Origin: Kiritimatiellia bacterium | GTDB lineage: Bacteria > Verrucomicrobiota > Kiritimatiellia > SLAD01 | Assembly: GCA_007127595.1 (NCBI GenBank) | Contig: SKZA01000299.1 | Location: 1-11,747, forward strand | Length of the DNA stretch: 11,747 nucleotides | Direction: 5' to 3' | Shown here: one piece after another, positions 1-6,759 of the stretch | How positions within the stretch are numbered: the stretch's first letter is position 1 | Layout: each line of letters begins with the position of its first letter | Notes under the pieces: generated by a model | The model's database searches: none | Seen by the model: the letters and a program-made list of their open reading frames with translations, nothing else | What the model was told of the DNA's origin: nothing | Position numbers and translations under genes: made by a program

Positions 1-2
1 AT

Positions 3-1514
3 GGGGTGATTATGGGGCGGGCTGTGGAATCGCTGGCGCCGACGCCTTTGGCGGAACTGCGCAAAAGAGCGAATCAAGGATTGCTGCGGGCCTTGTCCAA
101 GAACCCATCAACCCGGTTCCCAGGGTGCAGCGAGTTTGTGAAATCCTTACAGAGCAATCCTCGAAGTGTGTCTGAGTGGGCGGCGTCACCTAATCGCGTA
201 GCGGTGACCGGTATTGTGATCGCTGGCGTTATTGTTGGCATCTGGTTGAGTGCGAACGCGCGTAAAGACAAGTTGGCAGCGGGACCTTTACCTGAGCAGA
301 CCGCTGTGGAGCGCCCTATTGAGATCGAGGGGAACGCTTTGATGCGGGATCAAGGGGATCCGGAAATGTCTCCATCCATGCACCTACTTGAGGCGGAGCA
401 TGTTGAGGATGAGACAATAGAGCGAGGGCGTATGGCGGCGGGCCCGTCTCTGTCGGCTTCGGATCAGGCCGAAAAAGCCAGGGAGTCGCTGCGTGCTCAA
501 GCTGAGTCGCATCGTGCTGCGGCATTGGCGGCTCGCGAAGAAGCGGTCGAACAGAAGGCGGAAGAATGGGCCTCACATCTTTGGCGGCTGGCCGACGACG
601 AACTGCGACTCGCGGATCAGGCTTACGCGGATGATCGTTTTGCCGAGGCGACGACACGTTGGGCGAGTGCCGTGCATGGATACATGGCCGCCCAAGAGTT
701 GGCGCAGCGGACAGAGCTGAAAGAGAAAGCAGAGCAAGCCCGACGTTCCGCCGAAGCAGTGCGACAGCGCGCCGAGGCTGCCGGTGCCGAGCAGTTCGCA
801 GCGAGATCATGGCGGTTGGCGGAAGCATCCATGACGGCTGCGGCGGACCATGCTGGCGAAGGCCGTTACAGCGATGCAAAACGTGAGTGGGATGCTGCCC
901 GGGACGCCTACGAGGCTGGCCGAACTTCAGCCATGAATTATCAGCGGGAACAACGAAGACAGCAGGAATTAGCCCGCGTCCGAGAATCGGCCGAGCGTGC
1001 CCGGGAAAACGCGATTGCTGCGCGTCGTGCTGCGGAAGAGGCTGATGCGGTTGATGACGCTGCAGCCTTATGGCGACAAGCAATCGCTCAGATGGAAAGT
1101 GCAAGTGCCGCCACTGATGATCATCGGTATGCGGAAGCGGAGAGCGACTGGCTTGCTGCTGAAAAGCTGTTTTTTGAGGCGCGACATGAGGCTGAGGGCA
1201 TCCGTCAGCATCGCGAAGAGCAGTTGGCCGCTCGTCCTGCGGCTCTGACATCGCAACAAACAGCAGCGTCGTCCCGGCGTGCGGCTGAACGAGTGAATGC
1301 AGAACACGAAGCGAGTACGGCTTGGCGACGGGCCACGGCGGCACAAAGAAGAGCGGAGACTTTTATGGCAGACCAACAATTCAGGGATGCCAGGCACGCA
1401 TGGGAACAAGCGGCTACACACTTCAACGAGGCCGCTCAAATAGCGCGTCACGCGCAAGAAAATCGTGAGGCGATCGGTAGGAGGCCACCGCCCGTTTTGC
1501 CTCCCTCATTCTGA
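3..1514 (+). CDS. Ser/Thr protein kinase, 3' portion (5' end lies outside the window). It holds the end of the kinase C-lobe, one TM helix (aa 65-83) and a roughly 400-aa extracytoplasmic Ala/Glu/Arg-rich helical repeat domain
   Basis: The open frame reaches the window edge, and the ORF track begins at GTG 6. Residues 'LLRALSKNPSTRFPGCSEFVKSL' match Hanks kinase subdomain XI (LxRALAKDPxxRyxSAxEF). The hydrophobic stretch VAVTGIVIAGVIVGIWLSA follows. Four repeats follow, each of form W-R-x-A...R-Y/F-x-E/D-A...W-x2-A-x3-Y/F-x2-A. Stop TGA at 1512-1514. Confidence 0.7.
   Translation, partial: GVIMGRAVESLAPTPLAELRKRANQGLLRALSKNPSTRFPGCSEFVKSLQSNPRSVSEWAASPNRVAVTGIVIAGVIVGIWLSANARKDKLAAGPLPEQTAVERPIEIEGNALMRDQGDPEMSPSMHLLEAEHVEDETIERGRMAAGPSLSASDQAEKARESLRAQAESHRAAALAAREEAVEQKAEEWASHLWRLADDELRLADQAYADDRFAEATTRWASAVHGYMAAQELAQRTELKEKAEQARRSAEAVRQRAEAAGAEQFAARSWRLAEASMTAAADHAGEGRYSDAKREWDAARDAYEAGRTSAMNYQREQRRQQELARVRESAERARENAIAARRAAEEADAVDDAAALWRQAIAQMESASAATDDHRYAEAESDWLAAEKLFFEARHEAEGIRQHREEQLAARPAALTSQQTAASSRRAAERVNAEHEASTAWRRATAAQRRAETFMADQQFRDARHAWEQAATHFNEAAQIARHAQENREAIGRRPPPVLPPSF
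564..1445 (+). repeat. Four protein-level repeats of about 46 aa at a period of about 84 aa, inside the kinase extracytoplasmic domain. The defining Trp residues are at aa 188/218, 269/295, 356/382 and 440/466
   Basis: The translation was aligned by hand. Unit 1 is EEWASHLWRLADDELRLADQAYADDRFAEATTRWASAVHGYMAAQE. Unit 2 is FAARSWRLAEASMTAAADHAGEGRYSDAKREWDAARDAYEAGRT. Unit 3 is AALWRQAIAQMESASAATDDHRYAEAESDWLAAEKLFFEARHEAE. Unit 4 is STAWRRATAAQRRAETFMADQQFRDARHAWEQAATHFNEAAQIAR. Confidence 0.6.
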
Positions 1515-1524
1515 TGAGCAAAGA

Positions 1525-2334
1525 TTAGAATGTGACAAATCCATGCAGTACCCAGCCCGATAGATCAAGTCGGATTTTGTACACTTCAGGGGCTGAGTAA
1601 GCGCCTAGCTCGTAACGATACCCTCCTCGAAGGCCGAACCCACTTCCGCGTCCAATCGATTGAGCCACCTGAATGCCCGCCTCTCCAACGAGACTAATTC
1701 TTTGCGCCCGGTCGAGGCCGCTTTTGCTATTCCCGAGACCAGACAACGAGCCGGATAGGTAAGCGTCCACCCCCGCCAGCCCAAGCGGAAAGGAGGTCCC
1801 ACCGCCCAGTCCAAGACCAAAAAGTTTCAAGTCTTCCCTCACCAGTTCCAAGGCCTCATTCTGATTATTAGCGCGAAGAGCGATTAAATCGTGCGATCCA
1901 TACCTGAGGCCAATCGCAAAATGTCCGGCTTCACCGAAGGTTATCCATGACAAGTCGACCAGATCAAAGGATCCGGAAAAATCAACAGTGCTGGATCGAG
2001 GAGACGTGCGAGGAATCGTGTCTCGGGTAGCAGTTCCCTGCGCAAAAGCATCAAAGGCATATCGTTGATACTCTAGTCGAAACCCTTGCCCACTATGAAT
2101 GTCATATTGCCAAATATGGGAAACCGTCAGGAATAAGGCTTGGTCCATATCATAATTCAATCGAGCGAGTTCAAGTGAGTCCCCGCTGCTTAGTGCGCGC
2201 AACGACGCGCTTGCCGATGGCTTAAAGTAGCTCCCTCCCACGATCCAGCGCCCCAAGGCTAGACACTCGCGAGTTTGCAGGAAAACGACAAATGCGATGA
2301 TCGCGATTCGCAGCAAAATTCTGTTTGTCCGCAT
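1525..2334 (-). CDS. Outer-membrane beta-barrel protein (269 aa) with a signal peptide
   Basis: ATG at 2334 is preceded by AGGGAGA. The N-terminus MRTNRILLRIAIIAFVVFLQ is a typical signal peptide. Gly/Ser/aromatic-rich alternating amphipathic segments follow, and the protein ends in a C-terminal Phe (…HGFVTF*), the classic outer-membrane protein signature. The upstream part of ORF 1525..2400 begins at a non-Met position. Confidence 0.7.
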   Translation of the reverse strand: MRTNRILLRIAIIAFVVFLQTRECLALGRWIVGGSYFKPSASASLRALSSGDSLELARLNYDMDQALFLTVSHIWQYDIHSGQGFRLEYQRYAFDAFAQGTATRDTIPRTSPRSSTVDFSGSFDLVDLSWITFGEAGHFAIGLRYGSHDLIALRANNQNEALELVREDLKLFGLGLGGGTSFPLGLAGVDAYLSGSLSGLGNSKSGLDRAQRISLVGEAGIQVAQSIGRGSGFGLRGGYRYELGAYSAPEVYKIRLDLSGWVLHGFVTF

Positions 2335-2401
2335 AGACAATCTCCCTTCATTGAGAGAGTAGTAGTTACATTTACTTCCGTCGATGATAATAGCCCGCAT
2401 C

Positions 2402-2423
2402 CAGCGGCGAAAAATCGCCGCTG
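2402..2423. other. Perfect 8-bp stem with 6-nt loop: CAGCGGCG-AAAAAT-CGCCGCTG
   Basis: Read directly from the sequence. It lies in the 365-nt gap between the two outer-membrane protein genes, about 68 nt upstream of the 1525..2334 gene start on the minus strand. No U-tract follows on either strand, so it is not a clear intrinsic terminator. It could be a 5' UTR structure or an operator. Confidence 0.3.
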
Positions 2424-2498
2424 CCTTCTGGCCTGAACACTTGCCACTCTTCCTGTGTGGTATATATCAATAAGTATATCTTTTAGTGGGGCGAATTT

Positions 2499-2692
2499 AT
2501 GGTTACGACAAAAGTGTTTCAGTCAGGACGGAGTCAGGCGGTACGGGTGCCCAAGCGGTATCGTTTCCGATCAAAGGAGGTCAATGTTCTGGCGACGCCA
2601 ATATTCAGACCCCGACCACGCTGGCAGACGACACGCGCCTAACTTCTCCACACGGGTCTTGGTCGCCTTCCCGCATCACGGCCCGCCAATAA
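2499..2692 (+). pseudogene. Orphan VapB/VagC-type (SpoVT/AbrB-fold) antitoxin remnant, probably frameshifted, with no toxin gene downstream
   Basis: ATG 2499 gives MVTTKVFQSGRSQAVRVPKRYRFRSKEVNV…, which closely matches the VapB/VagC N-terminal consensus M-x-TT-K-v-F-x-s-G-n-S-Q-A-V-R-l-P-K-x-f-r-F. That frame stops at 2640-2642 after 47 aa. The -1 frame continues …SGDANIQTPTT…SW… to 2692, matching the expected 'GDxxIxxP…W' continuation. This implies a 1-nt indel near 2570-2585. The adjacent gene at 2700 is an unrelated minus-strand outer-membrane protein. Confidence 0.45.
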
Positions 2693-2699
2693 CGCGTGG

Positions 2700-3386
2700 T
2701 TAAAACTCCTGCCGAAAACCAATCTCGACAAAGGGCATCGTAGTCTTCTCATCAAAGTCACCGCCCTTGAGCTGTTGGTGGCGGTAGCCGATGGCGAAGA
2801 AGACGGTACTGTCGGCTACGATGGTGTCCATAATCATGGAATAGGCTAGGCCTCCTTCGTAGGCCCATAACACGGCGGTGCCGTCGCTATCGTCCACGTC
2901 GGTCTTCATGCGCATGGGCGCGACCCGGGTGCTGCCGAAGACGAAGAAGCCGGAATAGCCGAGCGGCACACTGCCTTCCAAGCCGATTCCCGCACCAATC
3001 CCGGTGGTCTTGATGTCGCGCTCCAATTCATCCAATGCGCCTTGATCCAAATCCTGCCAGAGATAGCGAAGGTTGGCGAAAAGGCGAAAGGAGGGGGCAA
3101 TATTGAAACCAACCAGCAACTCAAAATCGGCCCGGTCCAACTTGCCGATGGAACCATAGGCGGCATCCAATCCGACCACGAATTGATCGCGATTACCAAA
3201 GTCGTATCGGATCGTGGGCCCGAACTGGACGCCATCCTCCTGTGCCCGTTCATCAAAGAGACTTTTCTCTTCCCAGTCCATGAAGCTCAACCGGAATCCG
3301 TAGGCGGCACTGTCGGCGCGGGTCGTCGTGGCGACCACCGAAAAGATTATTGCGGTGGCAGACAACATCATCATCGTCTTCTTCAT
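2700..3386 (-). CDS. Outer-membrane beta-barrel protein (228 aa), small OmpA/OmpW-like barrel
   Basis: ATG 3386 is preceded by AAGGAGAT. The signal peptide is MKKTMMMLSATAIIFSVVATTTRA. Alternating hydrophobic beta-strand pattern throughout. The C-terminus is …GFRQEF*. Confidence 0.7.
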   Translation of the reverse strand: MKKTMMMLSATAIIFSVVATTTRADSAAYGFRLSFMDWEEKSLFDERAQEDGVQFGPTIRYDFGNRDQFVVGLDAAYGSIGKLDRADFELLVGFNIAPSFRLFANLRYLWQDLDQGALDELERDIKTTGIGAGIGLEGSVPLGYSGFFVFGSTRVAPMRMKTDVDDSDGTAVLWAYEGGLAYSMIMDTIVADSTVFFAIGYRHQQLKGGDFDEKTTMPFVEIGFRQEF

Positions 3387-3410
3387 CGTTGTATCTCCTT
3401 ATTCCGTTGT

Positions 3411-4106
3411 TTACCGCGGTCGGGTCGTGGCTCGCAGGATACTGCGCAACAGCCATACGACGACAATCGCGGCAACGAGAATGGCGACGCCCCAAATGAG
3501 TTGGGTGCTGTAGTGGAACAGAAAGTCGCGGGGCGAGAGCACGGCCTCGCCGGTATAGATGCCACCGGCCAGTTGCTCGCGGGTATCGACCCGGGCGAGA
3601 AAGACTTGCACGCGCACGATGGTGCGCAGCCAGGTATGTTCGACCGACCGGACATGACCCAGCAGAATGGCGTCGGCGCCAATCGTCGTCTCGGGAATCC
3701 CAGCTTCCTCGGTCCACACGATTGTGGCGCGATTGAAGATGTCCCCGTAGCCTTCATCGGGATCCGTGCGGGCCAGTTCCCGTTCAATCACGTTCCAGAC
3801 CGATCCGCCCAATGTGACGATGCGTATGGCGTCGAGCCGGGTCATCTTGCCTTGTAGAATCGAGCTGAGATTACCGGGATCGCGGTCGAGTCGAACAATA
3901 CCGACCCGCTGTACCGCCTCGGCCTTGGGATCGGCCTGAAGGTCCGCAACCCACTGATCAAAAGCCCGTTCGGCAGCCAGATCAATATAGCGATCGACAA
4001 TGGGGCCGCTGGGTCCCTCGATGCGTTGGGCGCTGGCTGTGGCGGACCACAGCAGCAGGCCGGCGATTACTGTCGTTATCCATACGGTTTGAGTGGTCAA
4101 TTTCAT
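3411..4106 (-). CDS. Periplasmic protein (231 aa) with an N-terminal signal peptide and a C-terminal TM anchor, possibly with a CsgG/LpoB/FlgP-like fold
   Basis: ATG 4106 is preceded by AAGGAAAC. The signal peptide is MKLTTQTVWITTVIAGLLLWSATASAQ. The segment 'RVGIVRLDRDPGN…LSSILQGKMTRLDAIRIVTLGGSVWNVIERELA' resembles the conserved N-terminal motif of CsgG/LpoB/FlgP-family periplasmic proteins. This is a tentative call made from memory. The C-terminal hydrophobic helix LIWGVAILVAAIVVVWLL is followed by the basic tail RSILRATTRPR. Confidence 0.6.
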   Translation of the reverse strand: MKLTTQTVWITTVIAGLLLWSATASAQRIEGPSGPIVDRYIDLAAERAFDQWVADLQADPKAEAVQRVGIVRLDRDPGNLSSILQGKMTRLDAIRIVTLGGSVWNVIERELARTDPDEGYGDIFNRATIVWTEEAGIPETTIGADAILLGHVRSVEHTWLRTIVRVQVFLARVDTREQLAGGIYTGEAVLSPRDFLFHYSTQLIWGVAILVAAIVVVWLLRSILRATTRPR

Positions 4107-4131
4107 GACAGTTTCCTTTCGTGACGGGACC

Positions 4132-5043
4132 TTATTTATAACGCGAAACGTTGCGACGCAGAACATCCATGCGGCCGGGCTCGTAGCGGGAGGGGCGAAT
4201 ACCCAGCTGAGGGATTTCGCTGAGTAGCTGGGCGATGTCGGCCTCATGTTGCAGCCCATAAATCACCTCGTAGGTCGCCACACGGGATTCCTGGTCCCAA
4301 GCCAAAAGCTCAACATGATCGACGTAGTCGCGCTGTTCCAGCATCAGTCGGATGTGCTGGGCTTGGGCCATGTTGGGCACTTGATTAATCACAATGGCGG
4401 CCCACAACAGTTGATCGGATTTTCGCATCAGGTCGCGGATCAATTCATCGACCAGCGGCGAGGCCAATTGTTCCAGGGCCGCCCGGCCGGCGCGCAGACT
4501 GTCCTGACGGCGGGGACCATTATCCTCCAAACGGTTAGAGGCCAGCAGGGTCCCGTCCCGCCCTCGAATCGCTTTCACATCGGCGACGGCGCGATAGCGG
4601 GTGAAGTGACCGGTGGAATTCAGGAATTCGCTGCGGGCGTCGATGTCGATCACCAAATGAGCGCCGGTTCGCCGTGTAAGCTCGGCAATGGAGCCGGCCG
4701 GTGTGACGGACCCGGTGAAGATACGAAAATCCCGCTGCACCAATCCGCGTTCCAAGGCTTGGCCGATTTCGCTAACATCCGTTTGCCCGCCTTGCGCATC
4801 AATGACGCGTTCATTGCTGCGAATAACCGTTCGCAATTTGCCAAAAGAAATGAATTCACCCGACATCTCCTCCGCTTCGATGGGGTCAAGCCGGGGGGGC
4901 GATTCGGTCGGCGGTGGCGTCACGCGGGCGCGCGGAGGGGGCGCGGTTCCCGGGCGTGCGGTTCCGCATCCGGTCAAGAACACCGTGACCAGTGCGAGTG
5001 GGGCCAATATCAGCCAATCCCTGTATGTGCTGCGTCTTTTCAT
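4132..5043 (-). CDS. Lipoprotein (303 aa) of unknown function
   Basis: ATG 5043 is preceded by GGAGAAG. The lipobox is …LVTVFLTGC. A Pro-rich linker (PPPRARVTPPPTESPP) follows, then a globular region of alternating hydrophobic pattern (…AHLVIDIDARSEF…). It ends 25 nt before the next gene start. Confidence 0.7.
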   Translation of the reverse strand: MKRRSTYRDWLILAPLALVTVFLTGCGTARPGTAPPPRARVTPPPTESPPRLDPIEAEEMSGEFISFGKLRTVIRSNERVIDAQGGQTDVSEIGQALERGLVQRDFRIFTGSVTPAGSIAELTRRTGAHLVIDIDARSEFLNSTGHFTRYRAVADVKAIRGRDGTLLASNRLEDNGPRRQDSLRAGRAALEQLASPLVDELIRDLMRKSDQLLWAAIVINQVPNMAQAQHIRLMLEQRDYVDHVELLAWDQESRVATYEVIYGLQHEADIAQLLSEIPQLGIRPSRYEPGRMDVLRRNVSRYK

Positions 5044-5079
5044 TTCTTCTCCTTGTTGAACCTTTCTTCCAATTACACA

Positions 5080-6705
5080 TTATGAATTCGGCGGGTCCGA
5101 CCATGAGTTGTGCGGACCCACATCCACAATCTGGCCGCCGATGTATAGGGTCTTCCCATGCGTCAACCATTCCTTCTGTTTGCCGTCAACAAGCAGGAAA
5201 CCATCTTGCATTCGGCAGATCCATGCGTCGGTATCCGACCATTGCAAATCACGGCAGGCCACGGCTTCCCATAAAATCACATGCGTCACCGGTACATGGC
5301 GCGAACGCAGCACCAGGCTGAGCGCTTGATGATCGGCCTTGTGTTTGAGTTGCTTAAAGGGCGTGTGCCGCGCTTTGTCGCGGGTCTGTTGATAGCCCTC
5401 GAACACGTACGCGTCGGGTTCTTGATCACTGCCGGCCAGCGTCAGGGTAAAGGCGCGGTCTTTGGGTAAGGGACTGCTGCCGCCCGGCTGGACACGTTGC
5501 CCGTCCAGATACGTTCCGTAGGCACTGGGTTTATCGGTTCCCTGGTCGGGATAATAACCCAAGTCAACAACCGAACTGCGACCGCCGCGCCGCTCGATCC
5601 GGCAATGATAGCGACTGATTGCGGCGTCGCGCTCTTTCTCTTTTCTGGAACTGCCGGACCGGGCCACGATGGGACATTTACGGTTCTTGCCAATCTGAAT
5701 ATCGTCACCGGACAGCAGTTGAACGATTTGGGCGCCGCATCGAAGCGTTAGGTAGGGAAAGTGGGCATTGGCCGGTTGCGCCGGGATGCCGTCGCTATCG
5801 TCTTCCTCCAGGTCATTGCGTTTGCATAAGTGAAGATTGAGGTTGTTCCAGCAGGCGGGGATGTCGATGGCCGCCAGTTCGGTGACCGGATTGTCCTCTT
5901 TCGGGCGCAAGGCTTCCAAGCCGTCCATGTGCTGCTTGATCACATTATCGGCGGCGCCTTCAGCTTTGAGGTTGTTGTTGATCTCGATCTTGAGGCTGCT
6001 AATCACTGCACTGACTTTTTCAAAGCCGCGGAAGATCGTATGCGTGGGGCGGGCTTTGAATACTTGCCGTGTCTTCCGGCTGTCGTAGCCGATATAGATT
6101 TCAAAACTGATAATGCCTTGTAGGCCGGGCGGCGGACGATACGCCATATGAATATCGAGGCGCCGATGCGCAAATAACATCTCGTCCGGTTCCTCACGGG
6201 CGACCGGATTGCCATTCCGCCGGATTTCAATGAAGAGATTGGTTAAATGACTTTCTTGCGGGGTAATCCTGAATTGGAACGGGACATGCAGGCCATCCAT
6301 AAACACCCGGCTAAAGTTATACTCGACGCGCAATTCCTTGCAGTCCGACACCGGCGGTATCGCGGGGGACGTCTGGTTCTGTGGCGCTCGGGTATGGTCG
6401 TCACCGGCTTGATCCCGTGCCGCAGTGCTCGCTTCAGTCGGTAGCTGTTCGGTGGTCAACCCAATCGCTTGTTTGGCTTTATCCCAGATGGCGCCGGCCG
6501 TTTTCGCCGCCGCGTCCACGGACGACGCCTCATCGGTAGGCGCGGGGAGAGGCGGCTTTGGAAGTGGCGTAGCCGACTCAGCGGAGGCCGGCATCGCAAT
6601 CGGCGCGCGATCCGGCTGACTTAAGTCTGCCCCGCACGAAGAGCACATCCGGTCCCCATCCGGTGTCGGCATCGCGCAGGCGGGGCATCGACGGATTTCG
6701 CTCAT
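5080..6705 (-). CDS. Zinc-ribbon and FHA-domain protein (541 aa). It has an N-terminal Cys4 ribbon, a Pro-rich linker, a roughly 250-aa uncharacterised central domain, an FHA domain and a roughly 110-aa C-terminal extension
   Basis: ATG 6705 is preceded by GAGGA. The N-terminus is MSEIRRCPACAMPTPDGDRMCSSCGADL (CxxC…CxxC). The FHA signature is …IQIGKNRKCPIVARS…ISRYHCRIERRGG…VVDLG…SAYGTYLDGQRV…FTLTLAG, carrying the G-R…S-R-x-H…S-x-N/G-T core. Spacing to neighbouring genes is 35-54 nt. Confidence 0.8.
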   Translation of the reverse strand: MSEIRRCPACAMPTPDGDRMCSSCGADLSQPDRAPIAMPASAESATPLPKPPLPAPTDEASSVDAAAKTAGAIWDKAKQAIGLTTEQLPTEASTAARDQAGDDHTRAPQNQTSPAIPPVSDCKELRVEYNFSRVFMDGLHVPFQFRITPQESHLTNLFIEIRRNGNPVAREEPDEMLFAHRRLDIHMAYRPPPGLQGIISFEIYIGYDSRKTRQVFKARPTHTIFRGFEKVSAVISSLKIEINNNLKAEGAADNVIKQHMDGLEALRPKEDNPVTELAAIDIPACWNNLNLHLCKRNDLEEDDSDGIPAQPANAHFPYLTLRCGAQIVQLLSGDDIQIGKNRKCPIVARSGSSRKEKERDAAISRYHCRIERRGGRSSVVDLGYYPDQGTDKPSAYGTYLDGQRVQPGGSSPLPKDRAFTLTLAGSDQEPDAYVFEGYQQTRDKARHTPFKQLKHKADHQALSLVLRSRHVPVTHVILWEAVACRDLQWSDTDAWICRMQDGFLLVDGKQKEWLTHGKTLYIGGQIVDVGPHNSWSDPPNS

Positions 6706-6759
6706 ACGGTCATCCTCAAGGCCGACAAATAGTTGGTTTCCAAGCGTATCATCACGGCA

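Noticed and set aside
316-1344. 342-aa ORF on the minus strand inside the kinase gene, along with similar long antisense ORFs at 3042..3857(+), 3253..4259 region(-), 4246..5085(+), 7013..7803(+) and 8081..8445(+)
   Set aside because: These are Pro/Arg/Gly-rich translations typical of the reverse frame of high-GC genes. They have no RBS, signal or domain motifs. The opposite-strand genes carry clear signal peptides, lipoboxes, SD sequences and recognisable domains.
2335-2400. Upstream 22 codons (MRAIIIDGSKCNYYSLNEGRLS) of ORF 1525..2400
   Set aside because: The typical signal peptide begins at the internal Met (MRTNRILL…) with AGGGAGA 8 nt upstream. The extension has no RBS and would bury the signal peptide.
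2455-2703. 82-aa + strand ORF MWYISISISFSG…
   Set aside because: Low-complexity translation of the AT-rich spacer with no recognisable features. The VapB-like frame (2499..) explains the region better.
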